DNA of 64,000 nucleotides, the filler included, from an uncultured Methanosarcinales archaeon (lineage in GTDB: Archaea; Nanobdellota; Nanobdellia; Woesearchaeales; CAYXTQ01): the NCBI GenBank assembly GCA_964608065.1. It is 4 parts of 4 records of this genome, joined end to end, with 100 filler letters (N's around TTAATTAATTAA, not from the genome) between each part and the next. Parts side by side here need not be neighbours in the genome. Positions count along the whole stretch, not along the records: positions 1 to 20,401 come from CAZSMA010000017.1; positions 20,502 to 39,952 come from CAZSMA010000019.1; 2 more parts are not named here. One strand, 5' to 3'. Within the stretch, counting starts at the first letter, position 1; every line of letters begins with the position of its first letter. Below, piece by piece: positions 10,585 to 20,653 of the stretch. The position numbers were made by a program, and so were the translations under genes. A model generated the notes under the pieces. It was not told where the DNA came from. It worked only from the letters and a program-made list of their open reading frames with translations, and made no database searches.

Positions 10585-11667
10585 TATTTTTCTTTCTTTT
10601 AAAGACTCATACGCCAAAATATATACTCCAGCGCTCCATGCTTGTAATTTTCCATAAGCCCCTTTTGTTAAAGGATCTATCCACTCAGGAAAATTTTCTT
10701 TTATATTCGCTTCAGCAAGTTTTTTAAGTTCATCTTCTGCTTTTTTAAATTTTCTTAATTTGATTAAACTTAAAACATAGAATCCTCCTATAAATGTCCA
10801 TATCCCTCCATTTAGATAATTATAAGGCTTACGCGCATCGCAATCTTCAAAATAATCTTGCCAATTTTTAGTTCCCTTCATTATAGGGGGATAAATTGCC
10901 TTAAGGGCATAAGGAATATTTATTTTCTTTCTATAAATATAATTAATAATTTTTTCTGCATTTTTATTATCAGCTAAATCAAAAACAATTGCTAAAATAT
11001 TGCCTAATGAATCAAACCATTCCCCAATTTCCTTGTACTTATTGTGATTTTTCCATCTGTAAGAAAAATAAAACTCACCATTCCATAGTTTAGTATCTTC
11101 ATTTTCATTAACCATAAATTTCAATCTACCTTTTTCTTTTTGTTTTCCCATCAAAGTTAAAACTTTGTAATACAACGCCTGTGTACTTATTGTATAACCA
11201 TACTTATGAGGAAAAGCATCCTGCCAATCTGTTGTAGGAAGCTGTGTTAACATCCCTTTTTCACCAAAATCTTGGCATTGTAGCCAATTAAATGCTTTTT
11301 GAATTTTTTGTTTATTAAATAACGAATTATCATTATATCTTTTCCTATAGCTAAAATGTCCAATTATATACCACAAACTTGAATCAATTGATGCAAAATC
11401 TACATGTGGTTTTCTTCTACTAAATTTGTCAACACAATTTGGAATCTGCCCTTTTTCACTTTGATTATTTCCAAGAAGAATTAAGCTTTGTTTGAATGTA
11501 TTCTTAAATGATTTATCCTTAATTAAACTTGCTCCAAGAAAACTAATCATACTATCTCTGGCCCATACTGCGTTATAACCGCTTTTGCCTGCAGAAGCAA
11601 ACAAACCATGTTTAGTTGAACACTTCCTTATTGTTTCTTTTGCCTTTTCATAACATTCATCTATCAT
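10576..11667 (-). CDS. GH100-like / amylo-alpha-1,6-glucosidase-like six-hairpin glycosidase
   Basis: YNAVWARDS, GQIP, SIDSSLWYII, YLNGGIW, FPEW and QAWSAG motifs. Confidence 0.8.
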   Translation of the reverse strand: MIDECYEKAKETIRKCSTKHGLFASAGKSGYNAVWARDSMISFLGASLIKDKSFKNTFKQSLILLGNNQSEKGQIPNCVDKFSRRKPHVDFASIDSSLWYIIGHFSYRKRYNDNSLFNKQKIQKAFNWLQCQDFGEKGMLTQLPTTDWQDAFPHKYGYTISTQALYYKVLTLMGKQKEKGRLKFMVNENEDTKLWNGEFYFSYRWKNHNKYKEIGEWFDSLGNILAIVFDLADNKNAEKIINYIYRKKINIPYALKAIYPPIMKGTKNWQDYFEDCDARKPYNYLNGGIWTFIGGFYVLSLIKLRKFKKAEDELKKLAEANIKENFPEWIDPLTKGAYGKLQAWSAGVYILAYESLKERKILI

Positions 11668-11677
11668 TTTTTTTTTT

Positions 11678-12772
11678 TTATTTCTTATTATATAAACTAG
11701 CTTTTGGTTCTTTTTCGCTAATCAATTTATCTAAGAGTTCTTTAAGATCGAGGGAAACAACAGCAATTCTTTTGTCAGCAGCCCCATAGTAAATATAAAG
11801 TCTCTTACCAAAAACAACAGCTCCTGTTGGAAATACAACATTATCTACATTACCTTTTTTCTCCCAATGTTCTTCTGGAGAAAATAAAGGCTCTCTAAGG
11901 TGTCCAATAACTTTTGTAGGATTTTTTTTATCCAACAAAGCAGCTCCTGCTCTGTATATTTTTCCCCTGTCCATATCATCAACAGCATGATAAATCAATA
12001 ACCACCCTTTTGAAGTTTCAATAGGTGGGCACCCTCCTCCAATATTCCTGCTTTCATACCAGTATTTTGATTCTAAAACAACAAAATCACATAATCTTTT
12101 GAGATATTTTTCCCAATAATCCATCGTGAGGTCTGAAAATTTCTTAAAATAAATAACCTGTATATCTGGCAGAATCCTATGCACTAATGCAAATTTTCCA
12201 TTGATTTTTTTTGGAAAAAATAAAGCATCTTTATTCCATAACAAAACATCTTTCCCAGCTATGTCTTTGAAACGTGATTCAAAAAGAAAATACCTTTCTT
12301 TTAATTTAGACCTACAAGCACGAAATAGGTCCTCTGCTTTATCATAGGTTATTTCAGGAGAGATTATTCCTTTCTTTTGAAATGTTTTCAGATCTTTACT
12401 TGTTGCATAGGCTATACGCACATTTTTACCATCATAAGCGATATAAGTGAGATAATATAATCCATCAAGAAAAACTATTCTAGGATCTTCAAGGTTATGT
12501 TCATATTTTGATTCTGGAAATAACAATGGTTCCTTTGCCCTTTCCACAACTTTTAGAGGGCCGTCAAGTTTACAATAACCTATGGTTGAACGTTTGTCTT
12601 TGTTCCAAGCACGATAGAACATATGCACATATTTTCCTTCTCTAATACATGCTGGATTAAATACCCCTTTACTTTCAAATTCTAGTTTAGTAGGGTTTAG
12701 TATAATACCATGTTTTTTAATAAATACCATAACATAATATATTAATCTCACTACTTTATATATTTTTCTCAA
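11678..12772 (-). CDS. GH130-family glycosidase/phosphorylase (PH1107-like)
   Basis: GVFNPA, EDPRI, WNKDALFFP, IGGGCPPIET, LLIYH and NVVFPTGA motifs; probable start at MVFIKK (12730). Confidence 0.9.
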   Translation of the reverse strand: MRKIYKVVRLIYYVMVFIKKHGIILNPTKLEFESKGVFNPACIREGKYVHMFYRAWNKDKRSTIGYCKLDGPLKVVERAKEPLLFPESKYEHNLEDPRIVFLDGLYYLTYIAYDGKNVRIAYATSKDLKTFQKKGIISPEITYDKAEDLFRACRSKLKERYFLFESRFKDIAGKDVLLWNKDALFFPKKINGKFALVHRILPDIQVIYFKKFSDLTMDYWEKYLKRLCDFVVLESKYWYESRNIGGGCPPIETSKGWLLIYHAVDDMDRGKIYRAGAALLDKKNPTKVIGHLREPLFSPEEHWEKKGNVDNVVFPTGAVVFGKRLYIYYGAADKRIAVVSLDLKELLDKLISEKEPKASLYNKK

Positions 12773-13625
12773 TAACTAATCTAACAGACCCTATAACTCC
12801 AGAATCAGCTCCTAATTTGTTTTTAACTACCTTTACATCATCTCTTAGCTCCCTTATAACATTTCTTTTTACTTCTTTATTTAACTTTTTATAATCTAAA
12901 TCAGTGCTAACCCCCCCGCCTAAAACTATTAATTCCGGATTTAAAGCAGTAACTATATTTGCTAAACCAATTCCTAAATACTTGTATGTGTCATTCATAA
13001 CTTTCTTAGCTATTTTATGGTTTGACTTAAAAACCCCTTCTGTTGTATTTAATTTTCCACCTTTTGCTTTATATCTTTTTAGAATATTCTCCCCACTGCA
13101 CCAACTTTCAAAATCTCCTTTTTTACCACACCTGCATTTCATTCCTGAAGGATCAATAATTGTATGTCCAAATTCAGTAGAACCTGATTTACCTCTATAC
13201 AATTTGCCATCAATTATAATTCCAGTTCCAATACCTGTTCCAATTATAACCCCTACCATATTTTTCTTCTTCCAATATATATTCTCAGCTATGGCAAAAC
13301 AATTAGCATCATTCTCTATAACAAACCTTTCTTTAATATTTTTTTTTAAATCTTTCATAATATCAATATTATTTAAATTAGGAATATTAGGGCAATTAAC
13401 TAAAATACCATCTTTTAAATGACCTGCAATACTAATTCCAACTCCAGAAATTCTATAATCTTGTTTTAAGTCTTCTATTAAAGAAAAAATAATTTTCAAA
13501 GTTTTTTTTTCTTTTTTACCCCTTTCTGTTAATATTTTTTCCTTTCTTATTATTTTATATTTATCATTAATAAGAATTCCTGTTATTTTTGTTCCGCCGA
13601 TGTCTAAGCCAATATAATATTTCAT
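12756..13625 (-). CDS. ROK-family sugar kinase
   Basis: IGLDIGGTKI, ENDANCFA, GTGIGTG and EFGH..CRCGKKGDFE motifs. Confidence 0.92.
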   Translation of the reverse strand: MKYYIGLDIGGTKITGILINDKYKIIRKEKILTERGKKEKKTLKIIFSLIEDLKQDYRISGVGISIAGHLKDGILVNCPNIPNLNNIDIMKDLKKNIKERFVIENDANCFAIAENIYWKKKNMVGVIIGTGIGTGIIIDGKLYRGKSGSTEFGHTIIDPSGMKCRCGKKGDFESWCSGENILKRYKAKGGKLNTTEGVFKSNHKIAKKVMNDTYKYLGIGLANIVTALNPELIVLGGGVSTDLDYKKLNKEVKRNVIRELRDDVKVVKNKLGADSGVIGSVRLVIEKNI

Positions 13626-13627
13626 AT

Positions 13628-14800
13628 TTATTTTAAGAAAACCTCTTTATATAAATTCCAAGTTCTAATAAACTCAGCGTGAGGCCATGTCAAAGGTATT
13701 GTGATATAAGCTATGCCTTTCTTAAACATTGGATGCTTCTTTGCATTTCTTATCAAAATCATTCTATCAACTCTTAATATTCCTGCCTCTGTAAAATCTG
13801 TTATATACTCATTAAACTCCTTAACAGTTGATATATGCTCGGGCAACTCATAATTATAAGCAACTTTCAAAACCCAGTTAAGATACTTATCTGCCTTCCC
13901 TTTATTCCTTAATTTTATCCAGTGCCTGCATATCATTAATGTAAAATGAGGCCAAGGCCCCCACCCCCCATTATTCCTTCCTTCATTCTTTGGATATCTG
14001 CATATCCCTCCTAATTCCTTGTTCCACAATTCTTTTTCTATTCTCTCTACAGTTTTCATCACTTTTTCATTGTTTTCATCTAATATATCAAAATAACCAA
14101 CAGCACATTGTGAAGCATCCACATCTACTTTTACAGAGCTTGACTCCATTATCCTTATATTCTTAATAAAACTTTGTACTCTTGAATTCCACATATATCT
14201 CAATATGCTGTTCTTTATCTTTTGTGCAACCTTTCTATAATCATTTTTTTTCCCCAAAAAAATAGCAACATAATTTAACTCCTTCAAAGCCCTCCAGCAA
14301 ACACAATTTGCCCATATTTCCATTCCTTGCTCTGATGGAGGAAATTCATGTATTGAATTTGGAGTAAAAATTAGGTCTATTCCATTAACCATACTTTTTT
14401 TAATATAATCCACAGCCTTTTCTATAATCTTCCAATTCTGCTTTGCAAACTCCAAATCATTACTTGCTTTAACATACTCACAAAATGAATATATTATTAA
14501 CCCTGTTCCATCTATCTGTATTGGTTTATAAGAAGCATCTCTGCCTTTAGTATCATACCTCTGCGGAAAAGCTCCGCTCTTTAACTGCTCACTTAAAACA
14601 AAATTCAAACCATTTCTAGCTTCTTTAAACATTCCAGCAGAAATAAAACCCAATATACAAAAAGCATGATCTCTTGGATAAACATAAGGGTATCTTTCTC
14701 CTTTTGGTGTTGCTAAACAACCACCATTCCTTAACTGACTTTTTTTTAAAACCCCTATACTTTTTTCATACAGTTTCTCAGCTTCCTCTATTTTAATCAT
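13628..14800 (-). CDS. GH15-like glycoside hydrolase
   Basis: YPYVYPRD, QIDGTG, VDAS, GGICRY, LPEH and PLTWPHAEF motifs. Confidence 0.82.
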   Translation of the reverse strand: MIKIEEAEKLYEKSIGVLKKSQLRNGGCLATPKGERYPYVYPRDHAFCILGFISAGMFKEARNGLNFVLSEQLKSGAFPQRYDTKGRDASYKPIQIDGTGLIIYSFCEYVKASNDLEFAKQNWKIIEKAVDYIKKSMVNGIDLIFTPNSIHEFPPSEQGMEIWANCVCWRALKELNYVAIFLGKKNDYRKVAQKIKNSILRYMWNSRVQSFIKNIRIMESSSVKVDVDASQCAVGYFDILDENNEKVMKTVERIEKELWNKELGGICRYPKNEGRNNGGWGPWPHFTLMICRHWIKLRNKGKADKYLNWVLKVAYNYELPEHISTVKEFNEYITDFTEAGILRVDRMILIRNAKKHPMFKKGIAYITIPLTWPHAEFIRTWNLYKEVFLK

Positions 14801-15573
14801 CCTAAAACCTTTTTTACAGCTTTATTCCATCCTACAGGACCAATACCCTTTGCTTTTATATATTTTTCTGAAGAATACCCTTTATCCTTTCTCCTGACTA
14901 AATAACCTTTATCAACATTATTCAACATCTCAAAATCATTCCTTGAATCTCCTAATCCAATTGTCCTTATCCTACCAAACTTCCTCTTAAACAACCGTGA
15001 TAAAATCATAACTGCTTTGCCTTTATCACTTTTTCCCATTAAATGATAATATCTTCCACCTTTTGTATAATTAAGTTTATCCTTTTTTATCAGCCTTAAA
15101 ATATCCTTCTCATCTTTTTTATTCAAAATCTTAAAAGCCTCATCATATTCTCTTTTCTTTGCTAATCTTGCTTCATTTAAACTTAAACCAGTATCTTTTG
15201 CTACATCCTTAATTGACATATCACTAAATCCTATTACATTTTTTTTTATTTTCTTTAAAACATTAACCAATTTCTTATAATCAGTTCCTAATTCAATAAT
15301 ATAATACCTATTATCTTTTTTATTGTATTTAAATTTAAAATCAAAATAATCTTTTGGAATAAATATAGCTCCACCATTCTCAGAAATAAAAGGATCTTTG
15401 TTCCTTAATTTCCTTCTATAAAACTCTATCTCACTCCTTGTTTTACTTGTACATATTATCAAAGGAATTTTATTCTTCTTTAATAACCCCAAAGCAAGTG
15501 TAGCTTTCTTAAAAGAATAAGTATCATGATCTAATAATGTTCCATCCAAATCAGTAAATATTATCTTTTTCAT
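14797..15573 (-). CDS. gpgP: Mannosyl/glucosyl-3-phosphoglycerate phosphatase (HAD-IIB)
   Basis: FTDLDGTLLD, CTSKTRSE, ENGG, KREYDE, GGRYYH, DKGKA and GLGDSRND motifs; adjacent to gpgS. Confidence 0.88.
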   Translation of the reverse strand: MKKIIFTDLDGTLLDHDTYSFKKATLALGLLKKNKIPLIICTSKTRSEIEFYRRKLRNKDPFISENGGAIFIPKDYFDFKFKYNKKDNRYYIIELGTDYKKLVNVLKKIKKNVIGFSDMSIKDVAKDTGLSLNEARLAKKREYDEAFKILNKKDEKDILRLIKKDKLNYTKGGRYYHLMGKSDKGKAVMILSRLFKRKFGRIRTIGLGDSRNDFEMLNNVDKGYLVRRKDKGYSSEKYIKAKGIGPVGWNKAVKKVLG

Positions 15574-15576
15574 TTA

Positions 15577-16587
15577 TCATACATACATCCACTTTGGCTC
15601 TCTTTTAAATTTTTTCCTGTACTCTTTTATTGCAATCATCGGAGGCCTTTGCTTGTCTTTTATTATTTTTTCTTTCAACCCATAACTAACCCTACCGTTT
15701 TCTTTTTTCCTTTCTATAATCCTGTAATTTTTCCTTATATCTTTAACAAGAATCAATTTACCCAAAGTATTAGCCCTCTTAGCAAAAACTCCTAAAATAC
15801 CAAAAGCCATATTACTCAAACTAGCTAAACTCTGATTTCTATGCACCCTTTTAAACAAATCAACTTGTGCTATTACTTTTAAACCAAACTTCTTCTGAAT
15901 ATCAATTAACATCCCGGTCTCAACACCATAGCCAGTGAAAAAAGGAATCCTTTCAAATAACCCCCTAGTTCCAGCATACTCTCCGCTTAAAGGCTGGATG
16001 AAGCCGCTTAACCTTGGAAAATACATATTAAACAAAGGCCTTATCAACAACTCAGTAACTCTTCCACCACCTAAAGGCTCTATTTTTTCTCCAACTCTAA
16101 GGGGTCTTTTGTAAAAAGCCTTAGTAAACATAATATTATTCCTTGTTAACAAAGGCCCTACTAAACCATAAACAAACCTTGGATGCATATTTTTAATGTC
16201 ACCATCCAAAAAAACAATAATATCTCCTTGAGCTAAAAACAAACTTTTCCACAGATTCTCTCCTTTACCTTTAGCTTTTCCATATTTTTTTAAATGTTTT
16301 TCAGAAAAAAAAAAACTTGCTCCAATTTGTTTAACAACACTTTCTGTATTATCAGTACTTCCACTGTCTACAACCAATATTTCATCCAATAACTTGTACT
16401 TCTCCATTAACTCTTCTTTCAGAATAGAAATAATCCTTCCTATGGTTTCTCCTTCATTTAATGTAGGAATAACCAGACTTATTTTCCTACCCTTCTTTAG
16501 CTGAACAAGCCTCTGGATATTAGAAAACTCAGTACATTTAAACTTATATTTTTCAAACCACTCTTCAACATCCATTTTATTACTCAA
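15577..16587 (-). CDS. gpgS: Glucosyl-3-phosphoglycerate synthase (GT81)
   Basis: GKGENLWKS, FLDGD, KAFYKRP, GGGRVTEL, QPLSGEYA, GYGVE and RVHRNQ motifs. Confidence 0.92.
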   Translation of the reverse strand: MSNKMDVEEWFEKYKFKCTEFSNIQRLVQLKKGRKISLVIPTLNEGETIGRIISILKEELMEKYKLLDEILVVDSGSTDNTESVVKQIGASFFFSEKHLKKYGKAKGKGENLWKSLFLAQGDIIVFLDGDIKNMHPRFVYGLVGPLLTRNNIMFTKAFYKRPLRVGEKIEPLGGGRVTELLIRPLFNMYFPRLSGFIQPLSGEYAGTRGLFERIPFFTGYGVETGMLIDIQKKFGLKVIAQVDLFKRVHRNQSLASLSNMAFGILGVFAKRANTLGKLILVKDIRKNYRIIERKKENGRVSYGLKEKIIKDKQRPPMIAIKEYRKKFKREPKWMYV

Positions 16588-16622
16588 TTACCTATATAAT
16601 ACTCATTTAAATATTTTGCTAA

Positions 16623-18347
16623 TTAAGAAATCATTACAGATTTTACCCTTTCCTTAACATATTCATCCTTAACCAAGCCCTTAACTAACTCTTCTATCTT
16701 ATAATACTTCCTCTTAACATTAGCGCAAACTTTTCTTTTTTCAACAAAAGTCTTCTTATATTTCTTCTCAAACCTTTTAACATGGTCTTTAAGAAAAATA
16801 GGAGGACCTGAAACTTTCTTGACCTTACTTAAATCTTTATTATCCACAACAAACCAGAATTTAGCATTCCCTTCTCTTCCCCATTCCCAGCCATAATCCT
16901 TTAGTTTGAACTCATAAAAAATAATTTGATTTTTAATAAACCTAAAAGCCTTCATCAATCTTCCACCAATAACATCAATTTTGCCTTTCATAGGCATAGC
17001 TTCCAGATAAACTAATTTATTCTTACCGCTTTTCCTTTTCAAAAATTCCTTTGTAATTTCTTTCTCAACAAAAAACATTTTACTTGAATTCTTGACAAAT
17101 TTCTTACAATAATCTTTAAACCTTTCAAAATTCTCTTCACTAATAGCTGCAGCAGCATTCCTGTCATTCTGCACAGGATCAACAATAACCAAAGGACTGA
17201 CTACCTTGCTTTCATTCATCTCAAACAGAACATTCTTGTTTTTATAGTAATTGTTAATATCAACTATAACCTTATCATTCCATTTAGCAGCTGTTTTTAC
17301 CAAATTAACAAACCCTTTGTAATAAACAGTCAATATCTCGCAAATATATCCAGAAAATCCTTGTATATAACTCTCAGCACCATAAACTTTAGCAGCTTTG
17401 CAGAATTTCTTAGCCAACCTTATATCATCTAAATATTTCTTATGTTTTAACACCCATTTTGCATGCAACGGACTGACATCAGTTATATTAATAGCTTCTT
17501 CTGCTTTATTTATATTTAGTATAGGAACAATCTCAAACGTATATCCTTTTTCTTTAATCTGAAAATAATCTCTAGAGCCATGCAACCTTATTATCTTCTT
17601 AAACTTTTTTTTCAAATGCTTCTCTAANNNNNNNNNNNNNNNNNNNNNNNNNNNNNNNNNNNNNNNNNNNNNNNNNNNNNNNNNNNNNNNNNNNNNNNNN
17701 NNNNNNNNNNNNNNNNNNNNNNNNNNNTAGAGCCATGCAACCTTATTATCTTCTTAAACTTTTTTTTCAAATGCTTCTCTAACTAATGGCAAAAACCCTT
17801 TATAATAAACAGCCAATATCTCGCAAATATATCCAGAAAATCCTTGTATATAACTCTCAGCACCATAAACTTTAGCAGCTTTGCAGAATTTCTTAGCCAA
17901 CCTTATATCATCTAAATATTTCTTATGTTTTAACACCCATTTTGCATGCAACGGACTGACATCAGTTATATTAATAGCTTCTTCTGCTTTATTTATATTT
18001 AGTATAGGAACAATCTCAAACGTATATCCTTTTTCTTTAATCTGAAAATAATCTCTAGAGCCATGCAACCTTATTATCTTCTTAAACTTTTTTTTCAAAT
18101 GCTTCTCTAAAATATCACTTAATTTATCACTTTTACTCTTATATTTCTGATAATTAAACTTAACAAAAAAATCAACATCAAACTGCTTCAGCCAGGTTCC
18201 TTTTGCCCCACTCCCACCTAACTCAGCTTTTGCACCTTTCAACCCTTTGTTTATCCTATTAAGCATGGAATTAACTGTATTTTTAATCTCTTTTTCCTCC
18301 TCTTTGCTTGGAGTTATTTCGTTTAAGACTTCTTTCAGGAATTTCAT
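16623..18347 (-). CDS. cca: Archaeal class I CCA-adding enzyme, broken in this assembly by an N-gap and a duplicated segment
   Basis: N-part GGSGAKGTWL..DVDFF (start MKFLKEV at 18347); YGAESYIQGFSGY; C-part DPVQNDRNAAAA and GPP; about 300 bp repeated on both sides of the gap at 17628-17727. Confidence 0.88.
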
Positions 18348-18406
18348 AATTAAGAAATTAGTTCTATTTATTATAAAAATGTTTGGATTAAATAAAAATG
18401 TCAAAA

Positions 18407-19558
18407 CTAACCTTTCTCAGACCAATTAAATTTTTTTTCCATTTCAGAAATATATAACTTCTCTTTTATATGAAGACTTTCAAGGAACCTATCATTCAGA
18501 ATGGCCTTACCTCTAGGATACAACTTTTGACTATAGTGTCCCCACCTCCTAATATCCATCCATCTGCCCATACCCATAACGTTATTGTTCATCGCATCTG
18601 GAATAACAACTTTTGTTTTTTGATTATAATCCCCAACCTTATCTTTCATTTGGTGGATATTTACAAGACAAAATTTGGCCTTTCTCACCAATTCACGAAA
18701 ACGAGGATGAATAATTCCAGCTTTTTTACCCTCTTTCAGAAGTTCTGCAATTGGAATCTCAATATTTCTAAGGAAGTTTAACTTATTGTACGCCATCCTA
18801 GAAGTATCTGTTCTTAAATAGCTTTCTGCATGCATGTTTATCTTAAACAGCAAATCATATTCTAATTCAGGATCAACAGGGTCATTTTTAATCAGATTTT
18901 CATATGCATCAACATAATTATCAAGTGTTCCTGCAGTCAACTTTGCACTTAAATCTTGCAATAAATTTGCAGTCTCTTGATATACTCTTGAACTTGGGTC
19001 TGAATACCCTGCAACCTTTCTTGCCTCTTTTAATGCACCTATAGCAATTTCTAAATAACGAGAATAATCTTTTAAGCCTTCTTTTAGATCTCGCAAATGC
19101 TTTTGTAATCTTACTAGCTCTTCATCTGAATTTCCAATATTCCGTATTATTTTAGTTATTGGTTCAATCTCGGAATCATTTCTAGCAAAATATCCTCTTT
19201 TAATAAAAAAACCCGTAAAATATTCTTCAAGTGAACTAATCTTATCAGCGGCTGCACTTATATCACCTTTCTCTAAAAAAGAATAGGCTTTGTTTGCATT
19301 TTCATAATCTTCAACTTTTTCTTTTAAGTGCTCTACCAATGACCTAACATAATCATAACAACCCCACTCTGTTCTTTGACCATAGTGCCTATCAACAAAA
19401 GACCCCTGGTTCTTCAGATTTTCCTTAATTTGTTCTTCTGTTACTTTTGCCTCCAAACTTCCTTCTGAACTAGGAAAAGAAAATAGTTTTAAAGGATCCA
19501 ATACAGATAATCCAGTAATAGTTAAACCTTCTTTCAAAAAACTCCTTCTATTTAACAT
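18407..19558 (-). CDS. Hypothetical protein with twin-arginine-like N-terminus
   Basis: MLNRRSFLKEGLTITGLSVL; 383-aa helical ORF with GGGGGA SD upstream. Confidence 0.7.
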   Translation of the reverse strand: MLNRRSFLKEGLTITGLSVLDPLKLFSFPSSEGSLEAKVTEEQIKENLKNQGSFVDRHYGQRTEWGCYDYVRSLVEHLKEKVEDYENANKAYSFLEKGDISAAADKISSLEEYFTGFFIKRGYFARNDSEIEPITKIIRNIGNSDEELVRLQKHLRDLKEGLKDYSRYLEIAIGALKEARKVAGYSDPSSRVYQETANLLQDLSAKLTAGTLDNYVDAYENLIKNDPVDPELEYDLLFKINMHAESYLRTDTSRMAYNKLNFLRNIEIPIAELLKEGKKAGIIHPRFRELVRKAKFCLVNIHQMKDKVGDYNQKTKVVIPDAMNNNVMGMGRWMDIRRWGHYSQKLYPRGKAILNDRFLESLHIKEKLYISEMEKKFNWSEKG

Positions 19559-19675
19559 TTAATCCCCCAATTAGACCAAATCGCAGCAGAATATAAAAAC
19601 TTTTTGTATTAATTAAAAAGAAAAACACTCCCAGAACCTAAGTTCCAGGAGCATTTTCATTTGATTCCCTTGAGC

Positions 19676-20401
19676 TTAATAACTTCCTGCTAAAGCAGGA
19701 GTCCCATAGTTTGTGTTATACCTATCTTTCAAATTCTGGTATTTATTTTTAAGAGTATCATGCTTATCTCTAAGTGTGTTTTTATTTTCAACTGGTTCAA
19801 CTTTCTTCCTCTGAAAAAACCTGAACAATATATCATTAATTACTCCAATTATAATTCTAGTTGGAACATGTGTAACATAGTTAACATTAACATAATGTAT
19901 TGGAAACAATCCAAATATTTTCTTCATATCTTTACCAAAATCTTTCTTAACACCTTTCTCATAAGTTTCTTTTAACATACTTCCATCTTTCTTATTCTTC
20001 ATTTTCCCAAAATTATCTCTTAAATAAGTAAATCCTTTATAGAATGCAAGATACGGAAATAAAAGCCCTGGATTAAAAGCTAATGTTTTAGCAGCTTTTT
20101 TAACAATTTCATAATATTTAGGAACAACATTCTTAAGAGGTTCTACCATTTTTACAACAGGAACTTTATCAATAGCAGTGTATATTCCAGTTCCAACAAC
20201 ACCCATTACAGCTCCTGTCCAAGCTTCTTTGAAAAACCTTGAAAATTTGAATTTCTCCTTATTCCTCTTTATTTCAATAAGATAGCCAATTGCATTACCT
20301 ATAGCAGTATAAACACTATTCATTCCAACTATACCATGTGTAGCAACCATAACACCAGCTGTAACTGCAGCCCCACCAAGAAACTTCAATATACTCCCTT
20401 T
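19676..20401 (-). CDS. Mpv17/PMP22-like membrane protein (5' truncated by gap)
   Basis: KTLAFNPGLLFPYLAFY...LFPIHYVNVNYVTHVPTRIII resembles the Mpv17/PMP22 C-terminal signature; the frame runs into the N-gap. Confidence 0.55.
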   Translation of the reverse strand, partial: KGSILKFLGGAAVTAGVMVATHGIVGMNSVYTAIGNAIGYLIEIKRNKEKFKFSRFFKEAWTGAVMGVVGTGIYTAIDKVPVVKMVEPLKNVVPKYYEIVKKAAKTLAFNPGLLFPYLAFYKGFTYLRDNFGKMKNKKDGSMLKETYEKGVKKDFGKDMKKIFGLFPIHYVNVNYVTHVPTRIIIGVINDILFRFFQRKKVEPVENKNTLRDKHDTLKNKYQNLKDRYNTNYGTPALAGSY

Positions 20402-20512
20402 NNNNNNNNNNNNNNNNNNNNNNNNNNNNNNNNNNNNNNNNNNNNTTAATTAATTAANNNNNNNNNNNNNNNNNNNNNNNNNNNNNNNNNNNNNNNNNNN
20501 NCCCAACAACGC

Positions 20513-20541
20513 TTAAACGGTTCGCTCGTTGCACTTCGCTC
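20513..20541 (+). repeat. 29-bp direct repeat (left arm of the attC-like element)
   Basis: ttaaacggttcgctcgttgcacttcgctc is identical to 22231-22259 and is preceded by CCCAAC at the contig edge. Confidence 0.9.
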
Positions 20542-20653
20542 ACCCAAATTTTTTCTTACGCAGCCACATTTTTGAAATAATCCTCTATTAAATATTAAAA
20601 ACAATAAAAAGAATTAAAAGTTAAACCCATTGAGATTATATCTAATACTAAAA

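Noticed and set aside
17310..18110. Apparent split or duplicated CCA-adding enzyme (separate CC- and A-adding genes?)
   Set aside because: The two ORFs share a near-identical 300-bp segment on either side of an N-gap and together make one normal enzyme. A scaffolding or strain-variant artefact is most likely; read mapping would settle it.
20446..20457. TTAATTAATTAA embedded in N-runs (also 39997-40008 and 59329-59340)
   Set aside because: Identical six-frame-stop linker centred in N padding: an artificial contig joiner, not biology. It also creates the false end of the dph2 ORF.
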